Shown in pieces: positions 27,642 through 56,864 of a DNA stretch of 64,000 nt (the first letter of the stretch is position 1; each line of letters opens with the position of its first letter). The DNA lies in NCBI GenBank assembly GCA_964016885.1, contig OZ024754.1, positions 43,834,001-43,898,000 on the forward strand. The letters are read 5' to 3'. The notes under the pieces were generated by a model. That model was not told where the DNA came from. It saw only the letters and a list, made by a program, of their open reading frames with translations, and ran no database searches. This DNA comes from Eledone cirrhosa (taxonomy: Eukaryota). The translations under genes were made by a program, and so were the position numbers.

Positions 27642-29120
27642 ATGAGTCGCCTTGATCAGTGGTACCGCCGTTTCTTGATATCAAAGCTGTTTACTAAAGG
27701 TTGGGGAAAACCAGAAAACTTGAAAAAACTCTTCAACTGTAGAAAAGTTATCTCGAATCGAGATGAATGTATTAAATTGGTTCCACCCGACTATCCTGTC
27801 CATATCGATAAAGATATTGAACAAGATGACCATCGTATCTTGGAAGGACATTTCCTATCGCCCTTCGCAGTTTACATGTCAGATGTGATGCCGAAAGAAG
27901 TTGAAATCGCCAAATTTCAAATGATTCTACCTAAATTATGGAAATCTCAGTTAAAGCCGGTTTGTGTTCAGTTAGGTGGTACTGGAGACCATTTCTATTG
28001 GAGAAGACGAACATTATTAGGAAAACCTCTGCTGAAAGAGTTTGGAATTGCTTCAATAATTCTTGAAAATCCTTATTATGGAATGAGGAAACCAAAACAA
28101 CAGTTACGATCGGCGTTACACAATGTAAGTGACCTTTTTGTAATGGGAGGAGCTCTGATTCTAGAGTCGTTAGTGTTGCTTAACTGGTGTGAACAGCAAG
28201 GATGGGGTCCCTTAGGTATTACTGGTATCTCTATGGGAGGTCACATGGCTTCGTTAGCTGCATCGAACTGGAATAAACCCCTTTCATTAATACCGTGTCT
28301 ATCGTGGAGTACAGCCTCTGGTGTGTTTACACATGGTGTCCTCAGTGAAGCCATCCCCTGGAGAGTTTTACAGTCTCAATATCTGGAAGAAAGTCAATAT
28401 GGGACTGATATTAAGAAAATGATTCACTCACCAGAAGCTATGGTCAGAGCTTTCGGTCTTGGACAGAAATACATACAGGATATTGATGAGTCCTTAATAG
28501 ATGCTCTCAACTTTTACCGCAGCCAGTATAAACCGTCTTTATTAAATCTAAAACTTGATTTTGAACCCAAAGAAGACTCGATTTCTTTACGTGAAGAAGA
28601 TGGCGATAAAGTGGTAGATTTTAACCGAAATAACAGAATTTCTCTGGAAAACAGACAGACTGCTGATTCTATACCAGCCTTTAATAATAGTGACATTCTG
28701 ACCTCATCTTTGTCGAAACCATCTAAAAGAGACTGGAAATCTCGGTATTTATCCCTCAGTTATGCTGCTGCTAAATCTCACATTAGCAGAAACCAAACAA
28801 CTAAAGAGAAGAAAAAGAAAAATTCTACTAAAAAAGTTTCCGAAGAAGCGTTGAATTTCATGCGAGATGTGATGGAAGAATTCACTCACCTGGGTAATTA
28901 CACGCAACCTGTAGATACTAGTTTAATTATTATTGTGGCAGCAAAACAAGATGCTTATATCCCTCACGAAGGGGTCCTTAGTCTGAAGCAGTTGTGGCCC
29001 GAAGCTGAAGTACGTTACATTGACTCGGGTCACATCTCTGCCTTCTTGTTCAACCAAAAAACCTTCCGGATGGCCATCAAAGATGCTTTTGATAAACAGA
29101 TTCAGAAATATTACATGTAG
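27642..29120 (+). CDS. ABHD18: Alpha/beta-hydrolase domain protein 18 (C4orf29/DUF2048), single-exon CDS, 492 aa
   Basis: ATG 27642 to TAG 29118-29120, uninterrupted. Motifs KLFTKGWGKPE, GTGDHFYWRRR, LENPYYG, GISMGG nucleophile elbow, PCLSWSTAS, DAYIP and GHISA match the ABHD18 family. The ORF-track GTG start at 27606 follows an acceptor-like TTTAAAGCAG (AG 27604-27605) and is probably 5' UTR. Confidence 0.93.
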   Translation: MSRLDQWYRRFLISKLFTKGWGKPENLKKLFNCRKVISNRDECIKLVPPDYPVHIDKDIEQDDHRILEGHFLSPFAVYMSDVMPKEVEIAKFQMILPKLWKSQLKPVCVQLGGTGDHFYWRRRTLLGKPLLKEFGIASIILENPYYGMRKPKQQLRSALHNVSDLFVMGGALILESLVLLNWCEQQGWGPLGITGISMGGHMASLAASNWNKPLSLIPCLSWSTASGVFTHGVLSEAIPWRVLQSQYLEESQYGTDIKKMIHSPEAMVRAFGLGQKYIQDIDESLIDALNFYRSQYKPSLLNLKLDFEPKEDSISLREEDGDKVVDFNRNNRISLENRQTADSIPAFNNSDILTSSLSKPSKRDWKSRYLSLSYAAAKSHISRNQTTKEKKKKNSTKKVSEEALNFMRDVMEEFTHLGNYTQPVDTSLIIIVAAKQDAYIPHEGVLSLKQLWPEAEVRYIDSGHISAFLFNQKTFRMAIKDAFDKQIQKYYM

Positions 29121-30739
29121 TAGGTGACTTGCTCAAGTTTAAACATCTCAAGTATTTTTAGTCAAGATAATTTACAGAGAAAATATCAAAATTATTGAAT
29201 CTATTTTGGGTTTAAAATGTAATATTTTAGACAAACAATTTAATGAATTTATTTTGTATTTTTTCCCCCCATCCTTTGATTTAAACGAAACTGAGTTAAA
29301 GGTTGGGGTTTTTTGTTGTTCTTTTGTCATTTCTACAGATATTTTCTTTGTGTGGCTCTGCATCAGTGATATTTGTGTTTTGCAGAAAAATAGACGAAAG
29401 AGAAATAAATATTTAAGCTAGAAACACTGGACTTTCTTAACTTTTTATCATGGGTTTTACTGATGAATTTTCATAATTTTTTTAATCCTAGTTTCAGAGG
29501 TCAACGACACAGATCACCGATCTTTAAATGGTTGACACACTGAAATCTTCCTCCTGTAACAATACCTGTGAAATACCTCTGGTAATATCTGAAATACCTC
29601 AGATAATACCTGTGGAATAACTCAGGTAATATGTGAAATACCTAGCTAGTACCTGTGAAATACCTGTGAAATACTTCAGGTAATACCTGTGGAATCACAT
29701 TTAGTTTACTTTCATTGATCTAATAACACATAGTATTTAATTTTTTTAGTTTTTATCCTTTAATAATATATTTTTATAAATAAAAATACGAAATTTTAAA
29801 TTTTATTTACATAAATATTTCGTTCATTAAACAGGAAGAAAGAAAAAAATCTAGTCAAAATAAAATTGAGGGCAGCTCAGACAGCACCTCTCTCTCTCTC
29901 CCTATATATATATAGAAACGAGTAGGACCCCGACGGCTGAGCTCAAGCCGTTTCGACGGCTAATTCTGGACTAGAATTAGCCGTCGAAACGGCTTGAGCT
30001 CAGCCGTCGGGGTCCTACTCGTTCCTATTATCCACTCTACTACCCTAAGTATTGAGTACTTTGGTGCGTTATGGTCCACCTGGTTCCTTACCACATTTCC
30101 TCCGTTATATATATATATATATATTTCATCCTTACGGGGTCGATAAAATAAAGTACAAGTAATGCACTGGGTAATTGCTGGCCTTGTGCCAAAAATAGAA
30201 ACAATTATTTTCTTAAATTTACTTTGTCATCTGTGATTATAATAGTGTCAAAAGTGGTCATTTGAGTTGCTAGAAATAGCAGCCAAATCTCCCTCAAATC
30301 ACATCCTATTTTAAGGGAGAAAATATGTTTACGGTAATGTAGTCCTTGATACATTAAAGAGGACCCGAAGAATCACTGTGGTCATATGAGTTGCTAGAAA
30401 TAGCAGCCAAATGTCCTTCAAATCACATCCTCCTTGATAAACCTATTTCCCCCTTTTTAAGTTAGTAGGATGTGATTTGAAGGAGATTTGGCTGCTATTT
30501 ATAGCAACTCGTGACCACAATGTCTCTCATAATATCGAATCTACGAGATTTTGATATTTATTTTGAAAACAATACCTTAACATAAGTATGAGCAGCCAGT
30601 TTGAACAGAAAGAGGTGAGAAAATTCTGGCCGGATACAGCTGGCTAAAGGGTTAACAAAGAACATAGGTTTTGTATGTGGTTGAAGCACAAGGACAGTAA
30701 GCAGCATGATCTCACAGGAAACAAACTCCATTAAATGCT

Positions 30740-31300
30740 CAGAGTTCTGTAAAAGTAATTGATTGCTTCTGTTACCTGAATGACCAAATTAGCAGTGGAG
30801 GTGGGTGTTCTGAAAGTACAGTAACCTGGGTGAGAACAGGATGGAAAAAGTTCAGGCAGCTACTACTACTGGTAGGTACAAAAGCCCCCCCTCATAATAA
30901 AAGGCAGATTATATGATGCTTGTGTACGAACAGCAATGCTGCATGGAAGTGAGACCTGGGCACTGTGTGTAGAGGGCCTATGAAGCTTGTATGCTTTGAT
31001 GGATGTGTAATAGTGTACAAACAGCAAAGCATCAGTGAACTGAGAAACTGGGCATAAGAGGGGTCATATGCAGGAGAGGGGATTGCAGTGGAATGGACAT
31101 GTGATGCATATGGGGGATGACAGCTGTATAAAATGGTGCAGGGTACTCAAAGTTAACAGAAACTATGGAAGCGGAATACCTAGGAAATCTTGGGATGAAG
31201 TGATAAAATATGACCTTGCACATTTAAAACAAAGATGATACAGGATCAAGATCTCTGGTCTTAAGTTGTACTACAGAAGACCTGCTTTCACATCTACATA
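30740..31300 (+). mobile_element. Old RTE LINE fragment
   Basis: Decayed FCYL, RLYDACVRTAMLHGSETW and QWNGHVM motifs. Confidence 0.75.
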
Positions 31301-32261
31301 GGATGAAACAAACATGTAGAGGACACTAGTCTGCATCATATTTTCCCTTTCGAGTCTTAATACTCCCTTCACACCAGCTAAATATCCTACTTACCTCATC
31401 TATGAGCAACTTGCATACTGGCCTCCAACCTAGCTCACCTTCCCCACTCCTGATACACACCTCTTGCATACAAGCATGGAAAGCTGGACATGCTCCACAT
31501 TTACTCCCTTTTGATGCTGGTGACAACAAAGGCACCCAGTCCACCCTGTACAGTGGTGTCAACAAAGGCACCCAGTCCACCCTGTACGGTGGTCGTACTG
31601 CTGGTGACACAACAAAGACACCTAGTCCACCCTGTATGATGGTCATACTGGTGACACGACAGAAAGTGTCCAGTCCACCTTGTAAGGTGCACGACAAACA
31701 GCACCCGGTCCACACTGTAAAGTGGTTGTGTAGGCTTCATGACAAAAAGCATCTAGTACTCAGTGTAAATGAGATTGGTGTTAGGAAGGGCATCCAGCTG
31801 TAGAAACCAAGCAAAAATAATTTCAGTATGAGCAAGACATGATCACCTGACCTAGCATTGCTCACAACAGGGCAACTCGTCTAACCCATGCTGGTGTGGA
31901 ATGGTTATGAAGTTGATGTTTGGTACATTACTTAAGAAAAACACCAGGGCAGCTTTGTATTAAGAGGGTTAATAACAGTTGGATAATATATTGAATAAGT
32001 AGACATTTTGTATATAAGTATATATTGACAACACATTACTTGAGATAAGAAGTTTAGATAAAGACGTTCTTATCTGGAATTTTGACCACAACATATATGA
32101 GGTCATTTACAGGGGTAAATTATATGAAATCAACTTAATACTAAACAAAACCTGCATTGTGCTTACTATTTGTAACAAACTCACTTTTAACTTATGACGT
32201 GTTGTATTTACTTGAACTGAAGGAAAAAATTACAAGTTACCCATATTTGTAATATATTTAT

Positions 32262-32964
32262 AGTGTAGTGTAAAGTAGTGAGAGAGTGTAGGGTAGTGTA
32301 ATGTGGTGTGAGAGGGTGTAAGGTAAGTGTAAGACAGTGTAAGGTAGTGTGGTGTGGTGTGAGAGGGTGTAAGACAGTGTAGTGTGGTGTGGGAGAGTGT
32401 AAAACAGTGTAAAGTAGTGTAGTGTGGTGTGGTGTGAGAGAGTGTAAGACAGTGTAAAGTAGTGTGGTGTGGTGTGGTGTGAGAGAGTGTAAGACAGTGT
32501 AAAGTAGTGTAGTGTGGTGTGAGAGAGTGTAAGACAGTGTAAGGTAGTGTGGTGTGGTGTGAGAGGGTGTAAGACAGTGTAAAGTAGTGTAGTGTGGTGT
32601 GAGAGAGTGTAAGACAGTGTAAAGTAGTGTGGTGTGGTGTGGTGTGAGAGGGTGTAAGACAGTGTAGTGTGGTGTGAGAGAGTGTAAGACAGTGTAAAGT
32701 AGTGTAGTGTGGTGTGAGAGAGTGTAAGACAGTGTAAAGTAGTGTGGTGTGGTGTGGTGTGAGAGAGTGTAAAGTAGTGTGGTGTGGTGTGAGAGAGTGT
32801 AAGACAGTGTAAAGTGGTGTGGTGTGGTGTGGTGTGAGAGAGTGTAAGACAGTGTAAAGTAGTGTAGTGTGGTGTGGTGTGAGGGAGTGTAAGACAGTGT
32901 AAAGTAGTGTGGTGTGAGAGAGTGTAAGACAGTGTAAAGTAGTGTGGTGTGAGGGTGTAAGACA
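32262..32964. repeat. GT-rich variable minisatellite
   Basis: Unit GAGAGAGTGTAAGACAGTGTAAAGTAGTGT(GGTGT)n. Confidence 0.93.
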
Positions 32965-33912
32965 ATATATATATATAATCAATTCTATAACTGAGTGAAC
33001 TGGAGCAATGTGAAATAAAGTGTCTTGCTCAAGGACACAATGCATGTGTAGTGTCATAAGGAAAAGGAGGGTACTGTCTCTACCAAAGGTATCTAAGGGC
33101 CAGGTGGTGGTCATAAACTGGGTAACAAACTAAATCTACGAAAATACATTTGGAATAAAGGACATTTTTATAAGTATCTACATGAAAATATCAGTTTATT
33201 ATCAATATTTTACAGCAAAATTAAGAAACATTTTTAAACAATGGCATGGTGAACAGAACAAAAAATAAGATAAATTTCTTTGTCATACAAACTGTTTTTT
33301 TCAGGAGTGAACAAATAGATTTTATTGGTATAAATGTTGATGATGATGATGGTAGTGGTGATAATTAAATAAAGTAACTTTATTATAATATTATAAAAAT
33401 AAATTAACTTATGTGTGTTACTGGTTTAGAATTAATACACTGTATCCCTAAATGTGATAAGAAGCAAATAAAAAGGTTGATACCAGAAAAGGCATCGATC
33501 TGGCCATAAAACATATATATGTACACATATATATATACATACATACATATATATATACATATATATATACACATATTTATACACACGTTGGTGAGATGAG
33601 AAAAAGAAGCACCCAGTTAAACGATCATTTTGCTGCAACAATAAAAAGCATCCAGTCCCCACTGTATTGTGGTTGGTGTTAGAAAAGGCATCTGGCTGTA
33701 AGAACCAAGCCAGAGTACATATCCGTATGAACAAGACGTGGTTACCTGCCCTGACTTGTGACAACCTGTCAAACCCATGCAAACATGGAAAAATAGGCAT
33801 TAAATGATGATGATTATATATATATATATATATATATACATACATACATATATAAAAAAAAAAAAAAAAAAGAAGAGTAGAGTGAAATTCTTAACTAGTT
33901 TAATGCTCGCTG

Positions 33913-33948
<36 letters not shown>

Positions 33949-35601
33949 AAAATTGTATTATAAATAAGACTTAAATACCAAGCAACAGTTAAATTAATTA
34001 AATCAGTTCTATCAACAAATATTGAATTTACAAGAACCCCTGAGAAACTCCCACCCACCCCTAACACCCATGAGACAGAAACAATGCTTTCCCACATTCT
34101 TCTCAACTGAAACTATATTGCTAGGTTGAAGATACTAAATGTTAAATATTTCTCTTTTCCAACTGCACCAATGTAAAAGATGGTGTCACAAAATGGTGAT
34201 TTTTTATTTATTTTAAACTTGATTAGTAGTGGTGGTGCCACGACAAAGAACACCCAGTCCACTTTGAAAGGTGGTATTGGTGGTGCCACGACAAAGAACA
34301 CCCAGTCCACTCTGAAAGGTGGTAGTGCTTTATTGACGACAACATGCTTTCAGTACACACAGTAAAGTGGTTGACATTAGGAAAGGCATCCAACCATAGA
34401 AACCATGTCACCACTATCCTTATAAGGAAGGAAACATTGTTAAGTAAAGAAATAAGTGATAACCTATTGAGCCAGTTACTAAACAATTTGTTTACATGTA
34501 AAATTTAACAGAGGAGATGTTTTCCTCTTGTCGTCTCTAAATTATTGGAATGGCTATAAAAATATTGCCTCATGCCCCACCTCAAACATTTTAATGCCCC
34601 ACTTTGATATAAAAACAGCGATGATCTACTACAAAGTGTAAATAAATTGGTGTATGGGTGATGTCAGATACACAATAACATGTGGAGGAGGTAAGACAGG
34701 AGTTTCTGACAGTAATGTGTACAAAAGTTACCTTGGTGTAGGTGATGCCAGATACACAATAACATGTGTGGAGGAGGTAAGACAGGAGTTTCTGACAGTA
34801 ATGTGTACAAAAGTTACCTTGGTGTAAAAGTAATAAGATAAAACCTGAAGTTTGCTCTCATTAACATCATTTTCAAAGTACTCTCTTGAATATTTGAATT
34901 GCTCCCCTGTGGGGCGTGTGCCCCACATTGGGAATCACTTCTCTAGGTGTAGTGCACTTTTAGCCAGTAGAATGTTTTGTAATATTTGTTCCAGCACTCT
35001 TTTCAAAACCCTTCATCTTTTCAAGGTTGATAATAAAGTACTAGTCCAGTCCAAGGGGAGTCGATTCTTCCTCTCTCTATCTCCTTTTCTGGAAGAAGTT
35101 AGCAGTGTTCAAACCTGGAAAGGAAATGGCCTCTACCAGATTTTTTAAAAAAATGTCCAAGTATGTTAGTCGACACCCTTACAACTCCTCCAAGAGTTAC
35201 AGGTCCATACATATTATAGTACCTGGGGACAGAGAAGTTATTTAATCCATATTAATGTTAAGAGGTTCCTAAATATATTTGAATCTTAGAATTTAACGAA
35301 AAAGTAACAACTGGTTTATTCATTATTTTGTATAATCTTAAACATTTTTCTTCAAACTTTTAGCAAATTTTAGCAAAAACAATAATGATGATGGTGATAA
35401 TGAGGATAGGAAAGTAACGTTTCTTCCCCGAGGAAGTTGATATAACCATTGACTGAGAAGAAAAGAAGCAGTACTGAAAGACATATACAGGACAGTTATT
35501 GCTGCCTGTAGATGTGTTTGTTGTTGTTTACCTGTTCCAGGTAAACAACAACAACAACAATCAGAAAAGTCAAGCCAGTTCAGTGATCATCTCATCAAAA
35601 G

Positions 35602-51225
<15,624 letters not shown>

Positions 51226-51418
51226 GTTTTTGACCGATTAGATAAGAGTCCCTTATTTCAAAGACCGTCAATAAATCTATATACTTTATTGTTTCTTTGT
51301 TTGTACGTTGGCCGCTAATAACACTAAATAAAATTGATAATAATCAAAGTTTTTCATGTGTTATCAACTAATCCGACTTCCAACAAACTCGCTGTCGATG
51401 TATTTTTTCGAAAATGAA

Positions 51419-51526
51419 AGCCAATGGGCGGAGTGCGAGTTGAGGGACAATTGACTTCTCTTTCTAGCACAACATCTGGTCGTCCTTTATACTATCTATA
51501 TATAGAGGGAACCATTTCACTTCCTG
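51419..51526. promoter_or_regulatory. Candidate presenilin promoter (CCAAT box, GC box, ETS site)
   Basis: AGCCAATGGGCGGAG at 51419-51433 and CACTTCCTG at 51518-51526, in non-repetitive sequence upstream of the putative first exon. Confidence 0.5.
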
Positions 51527-51716
51527 TTGTCTACAAGTAAATTGTTAAGTACCAACTACGAAGTATTAAAAGTCTAACTACGGGAAGAGTGATTTCAGCA
51601 CAGAAGGAGAGAGAGAGAAAAGATTACTAAATTGTTGGCTTTTTTTAGTTTATTTTTGTTATTGTTATTTTATTTTATTTATTTATTTATTTATTTATTT
51701 ATTTGACCGACACAAA

Positions 51717-52580
51717 CTAAATTAGTAAATAGATAAGTTCGTTATTTTCATGAACAGGATTGACATGCGCAGCCGGGTTGGAAGTGGTATCATGACTGAC
51801 GGGGGTAAAATCAGTCGGCTGGAATTTGTAGACGACATGGTGTTGCTTAACTCGACTGAAGGTGATCTCCGACTCGCACTTGATAGGTTTGATGCCGAGT
51901 GCTTGCATGGCTAGAATGAAAGTCAGTGCAGCAAAAACGTAGGCACTCGTCCTCGCAAGGAGGCCTGCGCAGTGCACTCTACGTGTAAATGGAGTTCCAC
52001 TGAAGCAGGTTGAGAAGTTCAAGTATCTCGGAGCCGTATTCAGGAGTGATGGACGGCAGGAGGCTGAATTAAGTACAAGAATTGCAAGAGCTGGTGCAGT
52101 AATGCGCCAGCTTAAGGGAATTTCGCTTAAAAACCAAACTCGTTATCTTCAATTCAGTATTCGTGCCATAGGTATATGGTGATGAATCTTGGGTAATGAC
52201 CGAAAGAATACGATCGCGAATACAAGCGGCCGACATGGAATTCTTGCGAAGGGTCTTTGGAATTACGTTATTCGATGGAGTCGCTCAGAGAGTCACTCCA
52301 GGTAGAGCCACTACTTCTCCGAATTGAGAGACCACGGCTCCGATACTATGGGCATGTGGTTAGAATGTCTCAGAAAAGAATCGCTGGACAGATTTTACAG
52401 ACAAAATCAACCGGCGAGAGATTCAGGGGTAGACCCTGAGCAAGATGTTTGGATAACATCCATGAGATTGGCTGATCTCGCTTTGGGATCCAGCCGGGAT
52501 CTGTTAGAGGCGGTTGCTTCTGACAGGACCCGCTGGAAGGAGTGTTTGAGGACTCTGCCTCCATGACCCTCTCAGGAATA
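51717..52580 (+). mobile_element. Second RTE-like LINE family, decayed 3' fragment
   Basis: LKQVEKFKYLG, YGDESWVM, RLRYYGHVVRM and RGRP motifs, with frameshifts. Confidence 0.8.
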
Positions 52581-53311
52581 ATTTAGGCGTAGAAGAAAAG
52601 TTCACTTATGAAAGATGTACAAATGTGCTTTACATAATGAAATAAACAGTCATTTTATTTATTTTTATTTTTAATAATTTACAAACCAATAAAAAGAAAA
52701 GTGCGATGGAGGGGGTGGGGTATGTAAAATGGTTTCACAGTTATAAAATAGAGTCGGAAAATATATTACATTTATTTTGAGATAATACCATTATTTTTAA
52801 TATTTGAATTACGAAATATTAAGCATCGTCGTTCTTGTGTTGAAACTTCGAAATTAACGTTGCAATATTGGGAGAAGTGAAGCTGGATTAAGATACGGAT
52901 GGCTAACTGCTTCACTTCCACACATATATACATACCTGCATTCAAACCACCTGTCCTGGATACACAACGTGAGACTCCACGGGGTGGTGTTGTCTACTGC
53001 GAGGGCTAGTTAGACCCCCTCCCCCCACCTCGTCCTAAGGAATCAAATCCACATTTCTGGATCGCGCAGGGGTCTTTGGCTGACAAATATCTTTGAGGGT
53101 ATAAATGCTTGTATCAATTCTGAGCACAAGATTTTTTTTTTCTTTAGCTAATAATTGTTTCTACTTTTGGCACAAGGTCAGCAATTACTCCCGTGTATTA
53201 CTGGTACTTTATTTTATATATATGTATGTATGTATATATATACACACACACACACATATATATAGTTATATCTGCATATATATATATATGCAGATATAAC
53301 TATATATATGA

Positions 53312-53342
<31 letters not shown>

Positions 53343-54186
53343 CATGATGGCTGCCCCCTCGTTATAGAGTATGGCCATTGCACGATATACCATTATTAAT
53401 GATTTCATTTATTGGCCACAAGGGCCATGATATACCATTATTAATAATTATTAATTAATTCTATCGTGCAATGCCTGTGCGTGAAGATTTTTTTAAAGTG
53501 AGGAAAGACTGTGCACTGAGCCAATCCCACTCTCTGAGCGACAGTAGCTATAACCCGAAAAGAAGAAAAGATCAATATCATTGGTAACTACTGAGCCGCA
53601 GGTTTTATGACGGAGTTATCCCAGTTTCCTGAGTTGCCTTCTCCTAGAAGAATGCCCTGACAAATGCTAGGGGTCCTTCACTCCCAGTGGTTTAACCGCG
53701 CGGTACATGTGTATATTTACACACTTTCGGATGGCCGTTGACTCTTATGAGTTCTTCCGCCCTTTGTCAGGTTCTGTTTTTTGTCCTGCAGGGTGTCCAA
53801 AATCACCCTCCTCACCAAATAAATTTGGTGGGGTTGCCGGTTTAGTCGACGACGACCCGACCATGCGACAGGTTGTACTGGGTTACATGTTACCAGTAGC
53901 ACTCAAGAGTGACCCGACATATATATACTTACATACATACATATATTGTGCGATATATGGCTCTTTCTCTATATATACATATATCTTTTCATTTGGTTAT
54001 ATATATATATATATTGTTCCGAAGAGATTGTTTTGGTAAAAACAGGAGCAAGCAGGAGAAAGCACTCAACCTTCATAGTTTGTAGTTACGATGGAGATTC
54101 AGTATTATATATATATATATATAGGGATAAAATAAAGTACCAGTAATACACTGGGTATTTGCTGGCCTTGTGCCAAAAGTAGAAAC

Positions 54187-54220
<34 letters not shown>

Positions 54221-54745
54221 AGGAAAAAGTATGACCCCGACGGCAGAGCTCAACGTCGAAACGGTTTGAGCTCTGCCATCAGGGTCACACTTTTTCCTAT
54301 TATCCACTCTACTACCCTAAGTATTGAGTACTCTGGTGCGTTATGGTCCAGCTGGTTCCTTACCACAACTCCTTCGTTATATATATACACAGAGCAGAAG
54401 TAATCGCCTTGACATAGCGTGAGACATAAGGGTTGTTATATGGAATCATATACAATATATAATAAACATCCTTTCAACGTCGCTGTGATTGTCAGATAGC
54501 TTACAAGGAAAGGGAGAGAAGCCTGTCAACACCATTTTGAGATTTCTTTTATCCATCTCCGGAGAGACTCGTTTCTTTGTTACTAAGACAACAAAATAAG
54601 CTGGAAATTCATGTTTTTTTATTATGAATATCGACTGATGATGCTCATTTGCATACAGTACAAAAGTTGGCCAACTCGAATTAATAGGCAGTAATAATTG
54701 CACTAACGAAACGTGAAACTTAACAGTACATTGAAGCATAGAGGA

Positions 54746-54817
<72 letters not shown>

Positions 54818-55602
54818 CGTCTTTTCATTGTCTTTGTCCGGTGTGTGTATGATATACAGTAGCCCCCTGGTATTCGCGGGGGTTATGTTCCTAGAGAACC
54901 CGCGAAGAGTGAGAAACCGCGTATATTGGACGTGGTCCATAAAAATGCCTATAAACGTCAAAATATAACGTACAATATAATAATTCTGGTTTATTTTAAA
55001 GCTTGAAGAGTTAAAAGACAAATATTATACATGAAGTTTGACAAATGTAACGAAGTGTAAGAAAGGTGTGATGTGTTTAGATATACATGTGTGTGGGTGT
55101 TAGAAAGATGTGATGTGTTTAGATATACATGTGTGTGGGTGTTAGAAAGATGTGATGTGTTTAGATATACATGTGTGTGGGTGTTAGAAAGATGTGATGT
55201 GTTTAGATATACACGAGTGGGTGTTAGAAAGATGTGATGTGTTCAGATATACACACGTGTGTAATTAAGTTTGGTTTTCAGAAAGAAAGCATAGTTAAAT
55301 AAAGTACTCAATACGTTAGTAGAGCAGAAGACCTCCACCTTTACCCCTTTTATTATCTACCCCCAAAGTAAGGTACTCAATATGTTAGTAGAGCAGAAGC
55401 TCCCCACCCACACCCATTTACTTTTTATTACCTTCCCCCAAAGAAATCTATAAATACCGAACCTGACCAACTTTATCTGACATTTTTGATTTCATACGAA
55501 TGAAACAGTTCTAGTCCTGTAAAAGTCATTTCTATATATATATAAAGTGTTTCCGTAGGAAAGTTAAAGGAAAAGAGAGTGCTCTATGTAGGCTACAGAG
55601 CT

Positions 55603-55736
<134 letters not shown>

Positions 55737-56193
55737 ATATACATACATATATCATCATTTAATATCCATTTTCCCAGATTCTGTCCAGAAGCCGTGCCAC
55801 TAACCTCAAAGACAGGTGGAGGCGGGGGTCGAAAACATATATATATATATACATACACACACACACACACATTATATATATATATATATATATATACACA
55901 TACGTGTGTCTGTGTAAACGTGAAACTAATATATATCTTCATTCTACTTCATCGTCTGTTGTGTTTTTGCAGTTTACATTTCACGTACATATACATGTAT
56001 GTATGTGTGTGTGTGTGTATATATATATATACATATGTGTGCGTGTGTGTGCATGCGAGTCCCGGGTTCCATAGGGGGTAACCACAGTAAGTAAGGTACT
56101 CAATACATTAGTATTGAGTGTATACACAACATTTAATATAGAAACTAAACGACTAATTCTGGTTTTTAAAATAATCATATGTGTGTGTGTGTA

Positions 56194-56236
<43 letters not shown>

Positions 56237-56238
<2 letters not shown>

Positions 56239-56812
56239 CATACATGTCTTTTAGCGGTCGAACGTTGTGTTTACATTTTGTGTATGTGTTTAAATGAAAC
56301 ATGCTGGCGACGAAGCTTCTTTGCACGGCTCCATGTGTACTCTATGAGCTGTGTGTGCACATCAAGGTCCGCAGGATCTACAAAGTTCCGTTCGTGCACC
56401 ACCACACCATGAACGTAAATCCCACCTTCAATTTCCTCAATTTCCGAATAGGAAGCGCAACCATCGGAGATGATGCGGCTGCCTGGCAAAATCCCTGCTG
56501 AATGATGGGGACGAGAGTGTCACAGCTTCGATTTGGGACTTCTACAAGGCAGCAGCGTCCAGAATGTCGGACTCACCATTCTGCAAGCCTCCTTACAAGA
56601 TTACTTCGGTATTGAGTACTCTTCTCTCAACCGTCAACTACACACACATATATATATATATATATAATCAGTTAAAACAACAGAGGCTCTGATTTTGTCT
56701 TTAATCTCAGTAACTAATTTAGATCTAAACACACACACAAAATGTAAACACGACGTTCGAAAATGAAAATAAATTTACTTCATTTTTCAGACCGTTAAAA
56801 GTCATGTATGCC
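56237..56812 (-). mobile_element. Non-autonomous Merlin (IS1595/ISXO2-like) DNA transposon with a DDE transposase remnant
   Basis: TIR GGCATACATG...CATGTATGCC extending about 55 bp. Internal PGSRIISDGCASY...VVHERNFVDP...VHTQLIEYTWSRAK is typical of ISXO2/Merlin transposases. Inserted in (TA)n. Confidence 0.82.
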
Positions 56813-56833
56813 TATATATATATATATTGTATG

Positions 56834-56864
<31 letters not shown>

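Noticed and set aside
54625-54720. CTGATGA...GAAACGTG, and other partial cores at about 5535-5570, 15490-15545, 37650-37725 and 54014-54070
   Set aside because: Core mutations or missing closing stems. At best these are decayed remnants, so they are not called as ribozymes.
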